64,000 nucleotides of DNA from an uncultured Solirubrobacterales bacterium (GTDB lineage: Bacteria > Actinomycetota > Thermoleophilia > Solirubrobacterales > 70-9): positions 14,587 to 78,586 of the forward strand of contig CAWJWC010000004.1 of NCBI GenBank assembly GCA_963846515.1. Reading direction: 5' to 3'. Below the pieces are notes generated by a model, which saw only the letters and a list, made by a program, of their open reading frames with translations, searched no databases and was not told where the DNA came from. The translations under genes were made by a program, and so were the position numbers. Each line of letters opens with the position of its first letter. Position 1 is the stretch's first letter. This document shows, piece by piece, positions 15,309 to 24,458 of this stretch.

Positions 15309-17606
15309 ATGCCTGGTTTAGGGGACAGGAACTGGCCCGACCACGAGGTCAGCGAATTCCTCGACCAGATAACCGCTGGCGGTCAGGACTACCGGCGCCT
15401 GGTCGAGCGCCTGCCGGTGATCGTCTACAGCTCCGAAATCGGCGAGCAGGGGGAGTGGCACTACGTCAGCCCCCAGGTCGAGGAGATTCTCGGCTACGCC
15501 CCCGAGGAGTTCAAGGAGGACCCCGGACTCTGGGCGCGGCTGCTGCACCCCGAGGACCGCGAGCGGGCGCTGGCGAACGAAAAGGTCGATCTGCTCGGCG
15601 AGCGCAATACGAGCCCGGTCGAGTACCGGCTCTGCACCCGCGACGGCGGCGTGGTCTGGATGCTCGACGAGGCGGTGCTGGAGGCCGACGAGAAGGGTGT
15701 GCCGATCTGGCACGGCGTCCTCTACGACATCAGCGAGCGCAAGCGGACCGAGACCGAGCTGCAGCGGGCGCTCTCGCAGCAGGCCGTGGTCGCCAAGCTG
15801 GGTGAGCGGGCGCTTCAGGATGGCGACCCGGAGTCGCTGATGCGGGCCGCAACCACCTTGATCGCCGAAGTCGACGGCGTCCACAGCGCCTGCATCTGGG
15901 AGCTCGGCCGCGACGGCCGCCGCCTCAACCTTCTCGCCGGTCTCGAGCAGGAGGTGATCGGGGCCGGCCGCCGTGTCTCCGCTGCCCGCGATTCCCACGC
16001 CGGCGCCGCGCTGGAATCGGGCATGCACGCGATCGTCTCCGATTGGGAGAGCGAGAAGCGCTTCACGATGCCGCCGGTGCTACGCGCCTTCGGCGCCGCC
16101 AGCAGCCTCGCGGTGATGATCGACGGCAAGGACCACCCATTCGGCGTGCTCGACCTGCACGCAACCGAGTCGCACCGCTTCAGCGCCAAAGACGTGCCCT
16201 TCCTGCAGGCCGCCGCCAACGTCCTCGCCGACGCGATCGAGCGCCACGCCGCCGATCAGGCGCTGCGCCACCGGGTCCTCCACGACTCGCTGACCGGGTT
16301 GCCGAACCGGCTCAGCTTCGTCGACGCGCTCGGCGAGGCGCTACAGCGCGCGAGCGTCTCCGGCTCCCCAGTGGGGATCCTCTTCCTCGACCTCGACCAC
16401 TTCAAGCTGATCAACGACAGCCTCGGCCATCATGCCGGCGACGCCCTGCTGCGCGGGGTAGCGCCGCGCCTGCGCTCCCACCTGCGGCCCGGCGACGTCG
16501 TCGCCCGTTTCGGCGGTGACGAGTTCGGGATCCTGATCGACCGCCTCGCCGACGAAGAGGAGGCGGTGGCGATCGCCGACCGCGTCTCGGCCGCCTTCGC
16601 CCAGCCCTTCTCGATCGATGGGGTCGAGCACTTCATCACCGCCAGCATCGGCATCGGCGTCGCCCGCCCTGCCGACCAGCGTGGGGCCAGGGCCGAGATG
16701 CTGATCCGCGACGCCGACGCGGCGATGTACCGGGCCAAGGAAAGCGGCCGCGCCCGCTGCGTGCTGTTCGACGCGGCGATGCGGGCGAGCGCGATGCGCC
16801 GGCTAGAGGTCGAACGCGAGCTGCGCCACGCGCTCGAGCGCAAAGAGATGGCCCTGCACTACCAGCCGGTGGTCAGCCTCCGTTCCGGCGAGATCAGCGG
16901 CCTCGAGGCGCTGGTCCGCTGGCGCCACCCCGAGCGCGGCCTACTCGACCCGGCCGAGTTCGTCTCGATCGCCGAGGACAGCGGCCTGATCGAGCCGATC
17001 GGCCGCTGGGTCCAAGAGCGGGCCTGCCGCCAGATCCTCGCGTGGCACGAGCAGCGCCCGGACGCGCGCCCCTTCGACGTCGCCGTCAACCTCTCCGCCC
17101 GCCAGGTCGCCCACCGCGACCTGCCCGCGACGGTGGCCGAGATCGTCGCCCGCACCGGGCTCGACCCGGTCCACCTGCGCCTGGAGATCACCGAGAGCGT
17201 CCTGGTCGAGGAGTCGGCCAGCGCGATCGCCTCGCTGGAAGCGCTGAACGAGATCGGCGTGCGGCTCGTCCTCGACGACTTCGGCACCGGTTACTCCTCG
17301 CTCGCCTACCTCAACCGCTTTCCCTTTCACGCGCTCAAGATCGACCGCTCCTTCGTCGACGGGCTCGGGATCGAACAGGAGCGCACGGCGATCGTCGAGG
17401 CGATCATCGGCATGGCGCGGGCGCTCTCGCTCGAGGTGATCGCCGAGGGGGTCGAGAACGAGGTGCAGCTAGCGGAGCTGCGACGGCTTGGCTGCGACTA
17501 CGCCCAGGGGCACCTCTTCCACCCGGCCCTACCCGAGGGCGAGGTGAGCCGGCTGCTGCGCGAAGGGGCGCTTGGCTACTCGGGGATCTCCTCGCCCGGC
17601 AGGTAG
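15309..17606 (+). CDS. PAS-GAF-GGDEF-EAL signalling protein (c-di-GMP turnover)
   Basis: PAS region (VIVYSSE...WHYVSPQVEEILGY), a GAF-like segment, intact RFGGDEFGIL and intact EALVRW...DDFGTGYSSL. ATG 15309 or GTG 15255. Confidence 0.9.
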   Translation: MPGLGDRNWPDHEVSEFLDQITAGGQDYRRLVERLPVIVYSSEIGEQGEWHYVSPQVEEILGYAPEEFKEDPGLWARLLHPEDRERALANEKVDLLGERNTSPVEYRLCTRDGGVVWMLDEAVLEADEKGVPIWHGVLYDISERKRTETELQRALSQQAVVAKLGERALQDGDPESLMRAATTLIAEVDGVHSACIWELGRDGRRLNLLAGLEQEVIGAGRRVSAARDSHAGAALESGMHAIVSDWESEKRFTMPPVLRAFGAASSLAVMIDGKDHPFGVLDLHATESHRFSAKDVPFLQAAANVLADAIERHAADQALRHRVLHDSLTGLPNRLSFVDALGEALQRASVSGSPVGILFLDLDHFKLINDSLGHHAGDALLRGVAPRLRSHLRPGDVVARFGGDEFGILIDRLADEEEAVAIADRVSAAFAQPFSIDGVEHFITASIGIGVARPADQRGARAEMLIRDADAAMYRAKESGRARCVLFDAAMRASAMRRLEVERELRHALERKEMALHYQPVVSLRSGEISGLEALVRWRHPERGLLDPAEFVSIAEDSGLIEPIGRWVQERACRQILAWHEQRPDARPFDVAVNLSARQVAHRDLPATVAEIVARTGLDPVHLRLEITESVLVEESASAIASLEALNEIGVRLVLDDFGTGYSSLAYLNRFPFHALKIDRSFVDGLGIEQERTAIVEAIIGMARALSLEVIAEGVENEVQLAELRRLGCDYAQGHLFHPALPEGEVSRLLREGALGYSGISSPGR

Positions 17607-18592
17607 TCGTTGCTGAGCAGTTCCGCCGGCTCGGGCAGCGACTCGATCAGCTCGTTGTCGCGCATCCAGGCGGTGAAGGTCTTCCACTCGGCCGGGTCCA
17701 TGTAGCCGTAGGGCTGCCCGGCGGTACGGGCGCCGAGCAGGGGCAGCGTTGCTTCGACCTCGGCTTCGGTCAGTTTCGGGTCGAGGTCGTTATTGGCTTC
17801 GAGCACCGCTTTGGTGGCGGCGTTTGGCTGCGCGACGGCGACCTCGGTGCCGCGCTCGAGCGCGGCGAGGAAGAGGCGGAACTTCTCCGGCTCGGCTTCC
17901 AGCCGCGCGCGGTTGGCGACGAGGACGAGCTCGTCGTAGGTGGGGACCCCGAGCTGGTCGACCGGGGTGACGACTGGGTCTTTACCGCGCTGGCGCAGAT
18001 CGACGCCCTCGACGTTGAGAAAGCCGCCGAGCATCGCCTCGGCGCTGCCGCTGACCAGGGCGGGGAGGAGGCCGAAGCCGACGTTGACCGATTTGACGTC
18101 TGAGGGAGTGAGCCCGACGCGGCCGAGGATCGTCTGCAGGAAGGCGTCCTGGTAAGGGATGCCGGCGGTCGCGATCGTCTTGCCTTTGAGGTCGCCGACG
18201 CCTTTGACCTCGGATTTCCCCAGCCAGATCATCGAGGTCAGCGGCCGGTTGACCAGGGCGCCGATCGCGATCACGTCGAGGCCCTGCTCGTGGGCGAGCG
18301 CGACCTCCGGCTCGTAGGAGATCGCCAGGTCGGTTTTTCCAGCCGCGACCAGCTTCATCGGCGCCGTTGGGTCGGCAGGGGCGTCGATGCCGACGTCGAG
18401 CCCGGCTTCCTCGAAGTAGCCGAGTTTCTCGGCCATATAGATCCCGGCGTGGTCGGGGTTCGGGTAGAAGTCGAGCGTCAAGCTCAACGGCTGCGCTTCG
18501 TCGCCGCCTTCCTCGGACTTCTCGCCGCAGGCGGCGAGGGCGAGGGCGAGCAGGACCAGTGCGGCGATCACCGTGATTCGGGGTGGCTTCAT
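17576..18592 (-). CDS. ABC transporter substrate-binding lipoprotein, NMT1/THI5-like (NitT/TauT family)
   Basis: Lipobox LALAAC. LDFYPNPDHAGIYMAEKLGYFEEAGLDV is typical of NMT1/THI5-type binding proteins. Last gene of the ABC operon. Confidence 0.85.
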   Translation of the reverse strand: MKPPRITVIAALVLLALALAACGEKSEEGGDEAQPLSLTLDFYPNPDHAGIYMAEKLGYFEEAGLDVGIDAPADPTAPMKLVAAGKTDLAISYEPEVALAHEQGLDVIAIGALVNRPLTSMIWLGKSEVKGVGDLKGKTIATAGIPYQDAFLQTILGRVGLTPSDVKSVNVGFGLLPALVSGSAEAMLGGFLNVEGVDLRQRGKDPVVTPVDQLGVPTYDELVLVANRARLEAEPEKFRLFLAALERGTEVAVAQPNAATKAVLEANNDLDPKLTEAEVEATLPLLGARTAGQPYGYMDPAEWKTFTAWMRDNELIESLPEPAELLSNDYLPGEEIPE

Positions 18593-18602
18593 CCCCTGTG
18601 TT

Positions 18603-19355
18603 CTATCGCCATCTGACGACGCGTCGCTCGGCGAGGGCGATCAGGCCGATCAGAGCGAGGGCGATCGCGGAGAGGACGGCGACCGCCGCGAACTGCCGCG
18701 CGACCTCCAGCTTGGCCCCGTCAGTGAGGATCAGGTGTCCAAGGCCGGAGTCCCCGCCCACCCACTCGCCGAAGACGGCCCCGATCGGAGCGAGGACGGC
18801 GGCGATCTTGACTCCCGTGAAGACATTCGGGAGCGCGTTTGGTCCCTCGACCCGGCGCAGGATCTGCCAGCGCGACGCATCGAGGCTGCGCATCATCTTG
18901 ATCGCGCCAGGATCGGCTCCGCGCAGGCCGTCGACGGCGTTCACGGTGATCGGAAAGAAGCAGATCAGCGCCACCACGACCAGCTTCGGGCCTAATCCAA
19001 ACCCGAGCCAGATCAGCAGGATCGGGGCGATGACGAGAATCGGAATCGTCTGTGAAGCGACCATCAGTGGGTAGGCCGCATAGCGGAGCGTCTCGGAAAG
19101 GTGCATGGCCGCGGCGAGGCCAAGTCCGGCAACGAGCGCGCAGCCAAGGCCGAGCAGGATCTCCTGCAGCGTCACCCAGGCGTCTTCTGCGAGCAGTTCG
19201 CGGCTCTCCCAGAGCGCGCTGGCGATTTCGGCGGGGGAGGGGACGAGGAAGTCGTCGAGCCCGAGCACGTCGGCCATCGCGCCGCTCGCCGCGGCGAGCT
19301 GCCAGGCGCCGAGCAGCGCCGCCAACAGCAGGGCGGGGAGCAGCCAGCGCCTCAT
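18603..19355 (-). CDS. ABC transporter permease (NitT/TauT/SsuC family)
   Basis: 250 aa from the ATG at 19355 (ATGA overlap with the ATPase stop). 6 TM segments and an EAA-like loop MMRSLDASRWQILRRVEGPNALP. Track ORF 18603..20123 is over-extended. Confidence 0.9.
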   Translation of the reverse strand: MRRWLLPALLLAALLGAWQLAAASGAMADVLGLDDFLVPSPAEIASALWESRELLAEDAWVTLQEILLGLGCALVAGLGLAAAMHLSETLRYAAYPLMVASQTIPILVIAPILLIWLGFGLGPKLVVVALICFFPITVNAVDGLRGADPGAIKMMRSLDASRWQILRRVEGPNALPNVFTGVKIAAVLAPIGAVFGEWVGGDSGLGHLILTDGAKLEVARQFAAVAVLSAIALALIGLIALAERRVVRWR

Positions 19356-20104
19356 CGCATTCCCGCGTGCAGGGCCCGCATCGCTTCCTCGCGGACTGCG
19401 ACGAAGGCAGGGTCGGTGACGACGGCATCGCGGTCGGCGGCCCGCGGCGCCGGCGCGCTCAGCTCCGCGACGACTTGGGCCGGCCGGGGGGAGAGGACGG
19501 CGACGCGGTCGGAGAGGTAGAGCGCCTCCTCGATGTCGTGGCTGACCAGGACGACGGTGCGGGGGTCGGTCCCCAGCGCCTCGGCAAGCCACTGCTGCAT
19601 CTCCTCGCGGGTGATCGCGTCGAGCGCGGCGAAGGGCTCGTCGAGCGCGAGCAGCGGCTTGCCGGCGACCAGCGTGCGCAGGAAGGCGACCCGCTGGCGC
19701 ATCCCGCCCGAGAGCTCGCCCGGCGCGGCCGCCTCGAAGCCGTCGAGCCCGAAACGCGCGAATAGCTCGCCGGTCCGGCGCCGCGCCTCCGCCTTGCCGA
19801 GGCCGCGGTTGCGCAGGGCCAGCGCGGCGTTGTCGAGCGCCGAGTACCAGGGCAGCAGCTGATCGCTCTGGGGCATGTAGGCGCAGTGCGCGAGCCGTTC
19901 GCCCGCGCTGCGGCGGCCGTCGACGGCGACGCTGCCGGCGCTCGGGCCCTGCAGGCCGCAGATCAGCTCCAGCAGCGTCGACTTGCCGCAACCCGATGGG
20001 CCCACCAGCCCAACCACCTCGTGCTCGGCGACCTCGAGGTCGAGCCGCTCGATCGTCTGCAGCTCGGCGTATGCGTGGCCGAGGCCGCGAATCGAGACGG
20101 ACAT
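19352..20104 (-). CDS. ABC transporter ATP-binding protein (NitT/TauT family)
   Basis: Walker A GPSGCGKST, signature LSGGMRQRVAFLRTL, Walker B LLALDEPFAALD. ATG at 20104. Track ORF 19352..21157 is over-extended. Confidence 0.9.
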   Translation of the reverse strand: MSVSIRGLGHAYAELQTIERLDLEVAEHEVVGLVGPSGCGKSTLLELICGLQGPSAGSVAVDGRRSAGERLAHCAYMPQSDQLLPWYSALDNAALALRNRGLGKAEARRRTGELFARFGLDGFEAAAPGELSGGMRQRVAFLRTLVAGKPLLALDEPFAALDAITREEMQQWLAEALGTDPRTVVLVSHDIEEALYLSDRVAVLSPRPAQVVAELSAPAPRAADRDAVVTDPAFVAVREEAMRALHAGMR

Positions 20105-20130
20105 CCCTGGTATCCTGCCGCACACCGCGC

Positions 20131-20151
20131 TCCTGACCAAAGAGGTCAGGA
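20131..20151. promoter_or_regulatory. 8-bp perfect inverted repeat TCCTGACC-aaaga-GGTCAGGA in a divergent promoter region (candidate operator)
   Basis: Direct reading. It lies in the 78-bp spacer between the ABC operon start (20104) and the tauE-rrf2 start (20183). Confidence 0.4.
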
Positions 20152-20182
20152 AAGTCGATAAGTATTCGCGCGGACCCGGCAG

Positions 20183-21124
20183 ATGGATCCAGCGATAGTC
20201 ATCTTCGGCTTCGGTATCGGAGCGATGGTCGGCATGACCGGCATGGGCGGGGGAACCCTGATGACCCCGCTGCTGATCCTGCTCTTCGGAGTCAAGCCGG
20301 TGACCGCGATCGGCACCGACATCTTCTACGCCGCCGTGACCAAGACCGTCGGCGGCTGGCGCCACCTGAAGATGGGCACGGTCAACATCCGGCTTTCGTT
20401 CTGGCTCGCCGCCGGCAGCGTCCCGGCCGCGGTCGCGGGGGTCTGGGCGATCTCGATCCTGCAGAGCAGAGTCGGCGAAGAGCGCCTCGACTCGATCGTC
20501 TACGCGCTGCTCGGCGGCACCCTCTTGATGGTCGGGATCATCACCCTGGCGCGGGCACTGATCCTCAGCAAACTGGTCGAAGAGCGCGATGACTTCGAGC
20601 TGAAGCGCCGTCACAAGGTCGCGGCGGTGGCGATCGGCGCCACCACCGGCTTCGTGATCGGGATCACCTCGGCCGGCTCCGGCACGGTGATCGCGATCCT
20701 CCTGATCGCGGTCTTCCGCCTCACCCCGCAGAAAGTCGTCGGCACCGACGTCTTCCACGCCGCGATCCTGCTCTGGGCCGCCGGCATCGCCCACTGGGTC
20801 GACGGCAACGTCGACTTCGTGCTCGCCGGCAACATCCTGCTCGGCAGCGTCCCTGGCGTGATCGTCGGCTCCCATTTCGCGACGCGGGCGCCGACCGGGT
20901 TCCTGCGCACCGCGCTTGGGGTCGTCCTTGTCGCCTCCGGGATCGTCACGGTGCAAAAGGGAGACCCGGTGGTCTGGCCGATTGCGGCCGCCGTTGCCGG
21001 CATCGGCCTCAGCCTGTTGATCTGGTTCCCGCGCTGGTGGAACCGGCGCCGGGTCAAACGCGAAGCAGCCGAACGGCAAGGGCGCGACCGCAGCGACGAT
21101 CTCGCGCCTGACACGATCGGCTGA
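20183..21124 (+). CDS. TauE/SafE-family sulfite/organosulfonate exporter-like membrane protein
   Basis: 313 aa, about 8 TM segments. N-terminal GFGIGAMVGMTGMGGGTLMTPLLILLFG is typical of the TauE/SafE family. Confidence 0.8.
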   Translation: MDPAIVIFGFGIGAMVGMTGMGGGTLMTPLLILLFGVKPVTAIGTDIFYAAVTKTVGGWRHLKMGTVNIRLSFWLAAGSVPAAVAGVWAISILQSRVGEERLDSIVYALLGGTLLMVGIITLARALILSKLVEERDDFELKRRHKVAAVAIGATTGFVIGITSAGSGTVIAILLIAVFRLTPQKVVGTDVFHAAILLWAAGIAHWVDGNVDFVLAGNILLGSVPGVIVGSHFATRAPTGFLRTALGVVLVASGIVTVQKGDPVVWPIAAAVAGIGLSLLIWFPRWWNRRRVKREAAERQGRDRSDDLAPDTIG

Positions 21125-21140
21125 TTGATTAACTAGACGC

Positions 21141-21596
21141 ATGCGCGTCTCAGCCAAGGCTGACTATGCGGTCAGGGCGGCGGTCGAGCTGGCCGCCGCC
21201 GACGAGGGGCCGGTCAAGGGCGAGCGCCTCGCCGAGGCCCAGGACATCCCCCTGCAGTTCCTCGAGCACATCCTGCTCGAGCTCAAGCACCAGGGGATCG
21301 TGCGCGCCCGCCGCGGTGCCAAGGGCGGCTACTGGCTGGCGAAGCCGGCGGACGAGGTCACGGTTGCCGAGATCATCCGCGCGGTCGAGGGGCCGATTGC
21401 GCACGTGCAGTCGCTGCCCCCGCAGGACGTCGAGTATCGCGGCAACTCCGAGCACCTGCAGGAGGTCTGGATCGCTGTTCGCGCTAGCCTCCGCTCGGTC
21501 CTCGAGGAGGTCACCCTGGCCGACCTCGTCTCGGGCGAACTGCCGGAGATCGTCGGCGAGCTGGCCGCGGCGCCGGACGCCTGGCTCGCCCGCTGA
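21141..21596 (+). CDS. Rrf2-family transcriptional regulator (no Cys cluster; CymR-like rather than IscR-like)
   Basis: MRVSAKADYAVRAAVELA... with wHTH FLEHILLELKHQGIVRARRGAKGGYWLAK. The sequence contains no cysteine. Confidence 0.9.
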   Translation: MRVSAKADYAVRAAVELAAADEGPVKGERLAEAQDIPLQFLEHILLELKHQGIVRARRGAKGGYWLAKPADEVTVAEIIRAVEGPIAHVQSLPPQDVEYRGNSEHLQEVWIAVRASLRSVLEEVTLADLVSGELPEIVGELAAAPDAWLAR

Positions 21597-21784
21597 GCCG
21601 GCCTGGAGCCAGTGCAGCCATCGCCGATTGGCGGTTTTGTCAAGCGACCGCTACGATCCGAGCTACGGGTCGCGTCGACGCTCCTTTCGAGAGTCGGCGG
21701 ACACGTCACCGCAAAAAAGGCCAGACCGAATCGAGGTGAAATGCCTCGCCGGGACCTTCGAAAACCAGCACCCAGGGGGCCCTG

Positions 21785-22129
21785 ATGGCTACGGAACAAA
21801 AGCGCGATATCTCCGATGGCCTGCTGACCGTTCGCGTCGTCGTCGAGGACGGCTCAACCTCTGTCATCGGCCTCGGCGGCGAGCTCGACCTCGCCAATGC
21901 CGCTACCGCCGAGGCGGAGCTGGAGGCGGCGATGACGGCGGCGGCGAACGTCATCGTCGACATGCGCGAGCTCGAGTTCATCGACTCGACCGGGATCGCC
22001 CTGCTGGTCAGCGCGATGACCAGCAACGGCGGCTCGGCCCAGGTCAGCTTCATCCCAAGTAGCTTCCCGGCTGTCACCCGGGTGCTCGAGGTGACCGGGA
22101 TCGCCGACCGGATGCCGCTGGCGATTTAG
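21785..22129 (+). CDS. STAS-domain protein (anti-sigma-factor antagonist family)
   Basis: 114 aa. GELDLANAATAEAEL...VIVDMRELEFIDSTGIALLV is the SpoIIAA/RsbV-type signature, including the DST phospho-site context. Confidence 0.85.
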   Translation: MATEQKRDISDGLLTVRVVVEDGSTSVIGLGGELDLANAATAEAELEAAMTAAANVIVDMRELEFIDSTGIALLVSAMTSNGGSAQVSFIPSSFPAVTRVLEVTGIADRMPLAI

Positions 22130-23040
22130 CGCTCGGCGGGGGCCGCCTTGGTCGGCACGAGGTCGAACTCGGTCCCCAGGCGCAGCTCGCTGTAGCGCTT
22201 CGCCCAGTCGTCGTTGAGGAGGTCCGACTGGCGCTTCATCCGCGGCTCGAACTCGAAGCCCTCGGGCGGGGCGAGGCCGAGCCGTTGCAGCAGGTTGAGC
22301 GTGCTGGTCTCGTAGTCGGCCTCGAAGTTCTCGTAGAGGACGAGGATCGGCTTGACGTGGGCGTGCTCGAAGAAGGCGTCCCAGCTCGCCTCTTCGGCGA
22401 GGATCTGCGCCAGCAGGTGGTCGATCGCCCTGAAGTGGAAGCGCAGCTGCGGGCGGTGCTCCTCGATGAAGGTGCGGTAGGGCGGGGCGCCGTCGCCCTC
22501 GACCGAGGCGGCCTTGGCGCTGGCCTGGTCCTCGCGCCAGGTCGCGGTCTGCACCGCCTTCCAGAGCGAGACCGCCTGGCGCACCTTGTTCGCCCGCACG
22601 ACCCGGACCAGGGTTAGATCCGGGAATACGGTGGGCAGGATCTCGGCGAGGGGAACGTCGCGGTAGGCGGGGATGTTGCGCAGCAGGCTGACGAGCTCGC
22701 CGAAGTAGCCCCACATCAGCTTCGCGCCGAAGACGCCGTTGGGCGTCGTCCCCGCCTCGAACGTCCACTCCAGGTAGCGGTCGTAGGCGGCGCGGCTCCA
22801 GAGCGGCGAGCGCGGCTGCAGCTCGCTGCCGATTGCGCGCTCGCCGAGGTGGTCGCGGATCGACTGGTCCTCGGTGCCGAGGAAGTATTCCTCCGGCCGC
22901 CGTGGCCGGCCGCTGTGCCGCAGCGCCTCGAAGTACTCCTCCGGCTTACCGGCGACGCCGGTTTTCTCCAGCGCGTGGCAGACCAACGTGCTGCCGCTGC
23001 GGGGCGTGGCGCAGACGAGGTAAGAACGCTCGGGCTTCAT
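22126..23040 (-). CDS. Stf0-like (PAPS-dependent) sulfotransferase
   Basis: N-terminal YLVCATPRSGSTLVCHALEKTGVAGKPEEYFEA is the Stf0-family PAPS-binding (PSB loop) signature. 304 aa. Confidence 0.8.
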   Translation of the reverse strand: MKPERSYLVCATPRSGSTLVCHALEKTGVAGKPEEYFEALRHSGRPRRPEEYFLGTEDQSIRDHLGERAIGSELQPRSPLWSRAAYDRYLEWTFEAGTTPNGVFGAKLMWGYFGELVSLLRNIPAYRDVPLAEILPTVFPDLTLVRVVRANKVRQAVSLWKAVQTATWREDQASAKAASVEGDGAPPYRTFIEEHRPQLRFHFRAIDHLLAQILAEEASWDAFFEHAHVKPILVLYENFEADYETSTLNLLQRLGLAPPEGFEFEPRMKRQSDLLNDDWAKRYSELRLGTEFDLVPTKAAPAER

Positions 23041-23126
23041 TTGCTGAGTAAGTTAACCGACAAAGAAGATAAAATTTGTCTCTCGCTAGTCTGAGTTCAG
23101 TACCCGTCCATGGAGGGGAATCACGC

Positions 23127-24458
23127 TTGAGCACGTCGCCGAACATCCTCTATATCCACTCCCACGACACCGGCCGCTACGTGCAGCCGTACGGGTTTCA
23201 GGTGCCGACCCCGAATATCCAGCTACTCGCCGACCAGGGCGTGCTCTTCCGCGAGGCCTTCTGCGCCGCCCCGACCTGCTCCGGCAGCCGGGCCAGCCTG
23301 CTGACCGGGCTCTACTGCCACAACAACGGCATGCTCGGGCTGGCGCACCGGGGCTGGGAGCTGAACGACTACGGACAGCACTGGATCCACGCCCTGCGCC
23401 GCGGCAGTTACCGCTCGACCCTGATCGGCGAGCAGCACATCTCCGTCGACCCCGGCGCGATCGGCTACGACGAGGTCGTCCCCGTCGACTCCAACCACGC
23501 CGAGTACGTCGCACCGCTGACGATCGAGGCACTGCGGGAGGCGCCTCCGGAGCCATGGTTCATGTCGGTCGGTTTCTTCGAGACCCACCGCGACTTCTTT
23601 GCCCCGACCTCGGTTCGGGACACGCTCTACTCGCTGCCGCCACCCAACCTGCCGGACGTCGTCGCGACGCGCCGCGACATGGCCGCCTTCAAGGCCAGCG
23701 CCCGCTCGCTCGACCAGGGGATCGGCTCCGTGCTGCACGCCCTCCACGACTTCAACCTGGTCGAGAACACGCTGGTGATCTGCACCACCGACCATGGGAT
23801 CGCCTTCCCCGGCAGCAAGGCGACCCTCTTCGACCGCGGGATCGGGGTGATGATGATCGTGCGCGGTCCGGGCGGTTTCGCCGGCGGCAAGGTCCTCGAC
23901 GCGCCGGTCAGCCACCTCGACGTCTACCCGACCCTCTGCGAGCTGGCGGGGGTCGAGCCGCCGGCCTGGCTGCAGGGCTCCTCGCTGATGCCACTGGTAC
24001 GGGGCGAGGTCGAGCGCCTGCACGACGCGATCTTCGCCGAGGTCACCTACCACGCGGCCTACGAGCCGCAGCGGGCGGTTCGCAGCGAGCGCTGGAAGTA
24101 CATTCGCCGCTTCGACGACTACCCGCACCCAGTGCTCGCCAACTGCGACGACAGCGACACCAAGTCGTTCCTCGTCGACGCCGGCTGGGGCGAGCGGGTG
24201 GTGCCCCGCGAGCAGCTCTACGACCTCGTGCTCGATCCGGCCGAGGGGAGTAACCTCGCCGCGCAACCGGGCTACAGCGAGCAGTTGGGCGAGCTGCGCG
24301 AGCGGCTTGAGGCGTGGATGCGGGAGACCGAAGACCCTTTGCTGGACGGCCCGGTGGCGCCGCCGACGGGGGCCCTAGTCAACGAGCAGTGGCAGATCTC
24401 GCCGGAGGAAACGCCGCGCCCGATCAAGGCGGATCCCACGGCCGCTCCATCCAGCTGA
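23127..24458 (+). CDS. sulfatase-family hydrolase with non-canonical C-S-G-S-R active-site motif
   Basis: TTG at 23127, 8 nt after GGAGGGG. ILYIHSHDTG (metal site), PTCSGSRASLLTGLY, TTDHGIAFPGSK. Divergent from the sulfotransferase gene. Confidence 0.85.
   Translation: MSTSPNILYIHSHDTGRYVQPYGFQVPTPNIQLLADQGVLFREAFCAAPTCSGSRASLLTGLYCHNNGMLGLAHRGWELNDYGQHWIHALRRGSYRSTLIGEQHISVDPGAIGYDEVVPVDSNHAEYVAPLTIEALREAPPEPWFMSVGFFETHRDFFAPTSVRDTLYSLPPPNLPDVVATRRDMAAFKASARSLDQGIGSVLHALHDFNLVENTLVICTTDHGIAFPGSKATLFDRGIGVMMIVRGPGGFAGGKVLDAPVSHLDVYPTLCELAGVEPPAWLQGSSLMPLVRGEVERLHDAIFAEVTYHAAYEPQRAVRSERWKYIRRFDDYPHPVLANCDDSDTKSFLVDAGWGERVVPREQLYDLVLDPAEGSNLAAQPGYSEQLGELRERLEAWMRETEDPLLDGPVAPPTGALVNEQWQISPEETPRPIKADPTAAPSS

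Noticed and set aside
20105-20182. TPP riboswitch upstream of the ABC operon that ends in a THI5/NMT1-like binding protein.
   Set aside because: The spacer is only 78 nt and lacks the CUGAGA and ACCUGAUCUGGAUAAUGCCAGCG-type boxes. Only a simple 8-bp hairpin is present.
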